64,000 nucleotides of DNA, taken from positions 320,001-384,000 of the forward strand of contig CAXXMV010000002.1 of the NCBI GenBank assembly GCA_963662285.2, written 5' to 3'. The translations under genes were made by a program, and so were the position numbers. This DNA comes from a bacterium. Lineage in GTDB: Bacteria > Hinthialibacterota > Hinthialibacteria > Hinthialibacterales > Hinthialibacteraceae. The notes beneath the pieces were generated by a model. The model searched no databases, was not told the DNA's origin, and was given only the letters and a program-made list of their open reading frames with translations. Shown piece after piece: positions 60,532-64,000 of this stretch. The stretch's first letter is position 1. Each line of letters starts with the position of its first letter.

Positions 60532-61095
60532 CTACTGAAGCCGATTTTTATCGAAAGGCATCCAGGGAGAACCTAGTCTTACAATATCCCCCAAACTTAA
60601 AACACCGTTGCTGGGATCATAATCGACGCTGAATCCCACCATTTGAATTTTATCCGGCCCGGCGCTGGCGATTCTCCAACGCGCCCCTCGAGTAGACTGG
60701 GGAGCATTGTTGGCCAGTTTCGCCGATGTCCAGTCGTAATAGTCGTAAGTTTCAGTATGAAAACCAGTTCCTTCCTTTTTCTTGCCAAAAGGATCGGCTG
60801 GATAAAAAGATATAAACGATATGGGAGTGGTTAAAGCGGAGAAGCGGCTGATGGCTGAACCGGATGCGATTTTTTGATCAAGCAAATGGGCTACGGGATA
60901 GTTGCCGAATTCCAAATGATATGATTCCAGAGCGGTTGCCAGAGTGCGGCTATCGGCTTCCACACGGGATACTTTCGCCCGAATTTGAGCATTCAGAAAG
61001 TTTGGCACGGCGATAGCCGCCAGAATGCCGATTATGGCGACCACGATTAGCAATTCAATAAGTGTGAATCCAGTGTTTTTGGTTTTATAATGCAT
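60532..61095 (-). CDS. Prepilin-type N-terminal cleavage/methylation protein (pseudopilin-like)
   Basis: G|FTLIELLIVVAIIGILAAIAVPNFL; LTTP...DPF...SAGPD...YDPSNG. Confidence 0.92.
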   Translation of the reverse strand: MHYKTKNTGFTLIELLIVVAIIGILAAIAVPNFLNAQIRAKVSRVEADSRTLATALESYHLEFGNYPVAHLLDQKIASGSAISRFSALTTPISFISFYPADPFGKKKEGTGFHTETYDYYDWTSAKLANNAPQSTRGARWRIASAGPDKIQMVGFSVDYDPSNGVLSLGDIVRLGSPWMPFDKNRLQ

Positions 61096-61134
61096 GTTTT
61101 TTCTCAATATCCTTGTTCATAGAAAAAGGTAACC

Positions 61135-61170
61135 AAAAACCGGGAGAATGACAACGCATTCTCCCGGTTT
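61135..61170 (-). terminator. Intrinsic terminator downstream of 61194..63263
   Basis: Perfect 14-bp stem AAACCGGGAGAATG / CATTCTCCCGGTTT, T5 on the minus strand. Confidence 0.8.
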
Positions 61171-61193
61171 GTTCTTCTATTTCGACAGTATGT

Positions 61194-63263
61194 CTAATGC
61201 AGCATCCAATCCGCTACCGGCGTATCACTCTCAACCAATGTGGCTGCCAGTAAATAAACCTTGTCTGATTCATCGGCTGGTTGGTCTGGGAAGACAATCT
61301 GACTTAATGTTTTCCCCGCATCCAATGTATAGCGGCGGTGCAATAAGCCCGCGCCGATGTTTCCTGGATCGCCAGCAGTTGTTTTTAGATCGTTAAATAC
61401 AAGACGGTCGTTTTGGATATCGATTTCGCCGGAATAAACCGCCATCCAGAAGATGCCCGGTCCCCAACCATCACCTGTACTGCCATCGGTGAATTTCACA
61501 TAGACTTCGTTGGTTGAATTGTTTTCCAACATGCTTGCAAGATCAATGGTGTAGTATTGCTTGTTGTATTCATCACGGATGTCTTCACCATACATTTCCA
61601 TGGCATTCATTACTTCTTCGAATTGCTGCTCACCCTCTTCAACCTTGTTAACAATCAGAATGTTCTTGAGATATGGACCCCAGCCATTTTCCGGGATGCC
61701 ATCAGAGAAGCGGAACCGTACAATATTCTCGGGATTGCCGCTTAAGTATTTTGTCAGATCAATTGAATGGTAATCCAGGTTGCTGTTATCTGTGATTTCG
61801 TTGCCAGTATCAGCAACCCAATCCATTTCAATGTCGAATTCTCCAGCCGTTCCGGAAGCGACTTCGATTACGAATTGGTTGCCAACATTGATTTGAGCAA
61901 AAGCCGCTGTAATGTCGTCGGGAAGGTCAAATTGGTAGATCATGTAGGCAGTTCCATCAGCAAAACGATAAGAATCGCCGGGGATGCTGTTGCCGTCCTC
62001 TATTAGATAATTAGATTCTTCGGCTGAACCTACCGCCATGCTGTCGTATCGTACAACATCCGATGGACCAGATAGTGATACGATGAAATTGTTGGCCATG
62101 TCGACGGTTAAATTGGCGTCGGTTACGTCATCGGGCAGGTCAAAATGGTAGGTGAGTGAACCGGCGCCATCGGCAAAGCGGTGTCCTCGATTGGAGGGAC
62201 CGGAAGCGCTGTTATCATATAGGTATTTCATTTCTTCATCATTACCGTCTGTCTGGAACATGGCGTAAACAGAGGCTTGGCTGGCATCAACATCCGGCTC
62301 AAGCGTGTCTTCAAATGAATTACTCACTCCTGTAAATAGATTGATGTTTTGCAGATAAGGCCCCCAACCGTTTGATGTTGTGGCATCGGTTAGGAGAATA
62401 TAGAGTTCGCCGGTGTTATCGGCCAGGAAAGGCGTTACATCGAAGGTATACTGCTTCAAATTCCCCAATGCGCGATGCTCGAAACCGTCGTATATTTCCA
62501 TGGAATTTGCTAAAACAGTGAAGCCTTCAGTGGTGGAATACGCTGGATCTTCATATTGGGATGAGATGGAGATAACGAAATTGTTGCCCACTGTTACTCC
62601 CAAGGTTGCTTCTTCTATACCCTGCAAGTCTTCTATGACGTACATGATATACCCGGTCCCATCAATAAAACGGTTGCTTCCAGTATTACCATTACCGCTT
62701 TCCTGAACTATATACCAGGCTTCATCGTCACTGAAATCAGTATCAAACGAAACAATTGTTTCTACCGCGCTATCATCGGTATACCTGAAAAAGGTATTGT
62801 CGAAACTGGTTGGACTGTTAAACCAACCGGATATAGGACCGAAGCGCTTTTCGTCATTGGTTCCATCTGCATAATTAAATCCAATTTGAGTGAATGGTGA
62901 ACCGTAACTCCCTGGAGCTGATAACAAGGCCAGGTCTAAATATTGGTAATTTCCTTCAGCAATATCCAATGTTTGCCCTTGTATGATCAACGCATCAAGA
63001 GATTGATGGTTTAGAGGAGCGAAAAGAAAGGAAGTTCGCCCATCCGGAGTAGCAACAGGTGAGCCATCTGTGTAATAATCAGGTAATGAACCAGCATCGA
63101 TAAAGCGCCCGTCTTCATCTAATGGATCAGATAGACCTGATCCACCAGTTTCTAAAATGGCGTCGGCATTAAATAATGAGCTTAAGTCGACGTTGACTTG
63201 TTGCGCCATAGCGAAGACTGTAGTTACGCAAACAATAAATCCTAAAATGATAAATCGCTTCAT
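61194..63263 (-). CDS. Secreted acidic beta-rich protein with three internal repeat domains
   Basis: Signal peptide MKRF...AMA; three RF[IA]DG and three [ND]GWGP motifs; ends TPVADWMLH. Confidence 0.85.
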   Translation of the reverse strand: MKRFIILGFIVCVTTVFAMAQQVNVDLSSLFNADAILETGGSGLSDPLDEDGRFIDAGSLPDYYTDGSPVATPDGRTSFLFAPLNHQSLDALIIQGQTLDIAEGNYQYLDLALLSAPGSYGSPFTQIGFNYADGTNDEKRFGPISGWFNSPTSFDNTFFRYTDDSAVETIVSFDTDFSDDEAWYIVQESGNGNTGSNRFIDGTGYIMYVIEDLQGIEEATLGVTVGNNFVISISSQYEDPAYSTTEGFTVLANSMEIYDGFEHRALGNLKQYTFDVTPFLADNTGELYILLTDATTSNGWGPYLQNINLFTGVSNSFEDTLEPDVDASQASVYAMFQTDGNDEEMKYLYDNSASGPSNRGHRFADGAGSLTYHFDLPDDVTDANLTVDMANNFIVSLSGPSDVVRYDSMAVGSAEESNYLIEDGNSIPGDSYRFADGTAYMIYQFDLPDDITAAFAQINVGNQFVIEVASGTAGEFDIEMDWVADTGNEITDNSNLDYHSIDLTKYLSGNPENIVRFRFSDGIPENGWGPYLKNILIVNKVEEGEQQFEEVMNAMEMYGEDIRDEYNKQYYTIDLASMLENNSTNEVYVKFTDGSTGDGWGPGIFWMAVYSGEIDIQNDRLVFNDLKTTAGDPGNIGAGLLHRRYTLDAGKTLSQIVFPDQPADESDKVYLLAATLVESDTPVADWMLH

Positions 63264-63807
63264 ATCTATACAACCTTTCTGAAAAAGTATAAATCTGATA
63301 ATCACTGTATAAGCATACTATTGATAAATTCGTTAATCAATCTAAATATTTTCCTTTACTAAAGCCGTACTATAGAATGTACCGGTAATAGTGTGTATTG
63401 TCTAATAAAAAGGAATTCATTTAAAATAGAAACATTGCATAGCCTGTATTGAATCGCATGGTTGCCAGAGGATTTATATGCATAACATGTGATGCGCCTA
63501 ATAACAAGGTGGGATTTTAAAATTATTATGTTTACGGTTGTTATATCAAGAATTATTGCTTATATAAACCGAATTAATATTTTAACTATATATATGGGTA
63601 GTTTTTCAGGTAATAGATGATGCAAAAATTTCAATAAACTATATAATTAGTTTATTTTGAACAACTTCCACGCCACTTGTGAAAATCAAAGGTTGTAAGT
63701 ATCTTCTTATGGAATAAAACTACCAAAATTCTTCCCGCAGATCTTCCATAACTTTTCTAGATTCTGGAGGACTGTATATAGGTGAAGACCGACCTGGAGG
63801 TTCTTAG

Positions 63808-64000
63808 ATGTCTCGCAAAACTGTCACTATCGACGGAAATCAAGCGGCTGCTTTTACCGCTCATAAAACAAACGAAGTATGCGCTATTTATCCTATCACG
63901 CCATCATCCAATATGGGTGAATGGGCCGATGAATGGTCTGCTCAAGGTAAAAAGAATATCTGGGGCAGCGTTCCAGATGTTGTTGAAATGCAGAGTGAAG
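63808..64000 (+). CDS. nifJ: Pyruvate:ferredoxin/flavodoxin oxidoreductase, 5' end (runs off window; absent from ORF track)
   Basis: RBS GGAGG; MSRKTVTIDGNQAAA...AIYPITPSSNMGEWADEWSAQGKKNIWG...EMQSE. Confidence 0.95.
   Translation, partial: MSRKTVTIDGNQAAAFTAHKTNEVCAIYPITPSSNMGEWADEWSAQGKKNIWGSVPDVVEMQSE

Noticed and set aside
60432-60632. Short plus-strand ORF in the DnaA-box gap
   Set aside because: TTG start, no RBS, overlaps the prepilin gene antisense; likely spurious
63677-63696. TTGTGAA upstream of nifJ as a Rex operator
   Set aside because: Only one half-site; the second arm does not match TTCACAA

Overview
64 kb of bacterial chromosome with no rRNA, tRNA, CRISPR array, integrase or transposase recognised. 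Genes are moderately GC-rich and spacers AT-rich. The cell is diderm (beta-barrel, lipoproteins) and probably facultative or anaerobic (hypFCDE, PFOR/nifJ). The prepilin family and protein style suggest a poorly studied lineage such as Hinthialibacterota/OLB16 or Sumerlaeota (inference from memory). Housekeeping genes: uppP, hypFCDE, pdxA, ruvB, ricT, rimO, pgpA, start of nifJ. Also glycan-active genes (GH3, heparinase II/III-like, GH38), transporters and signalling proteins. Most notable: (1) a tetraheme cytochrome / beta-barrel porin / 11-heme lipoprotein operon (candidate extracellular electron transfer conduit), with a divergent, collapsed pseudogene of a membrane-anchored multiheme cytochrome that the ORF track misses; (2) a DnaA-box cluster with a perfect IHF site and an AT-rich tract between convergent genes (oriC/datA-like, no dnaA nearby); (3) a candidate sRNA with CCUCC loops behind a sigma54-like promoter; (4) an AlbA_2/Schlafen-ATPase gene split by a frameshift at an A7 run and followed by a 23-bp direct-repeat pair; (5) several intact ORFs that lack their family's catalytic or metal ligands; (6) a secreted protein with nested repeat domains and a possible short C-terminal sorting motif. 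All family calls come from motif recognition by eye; no searches were run.
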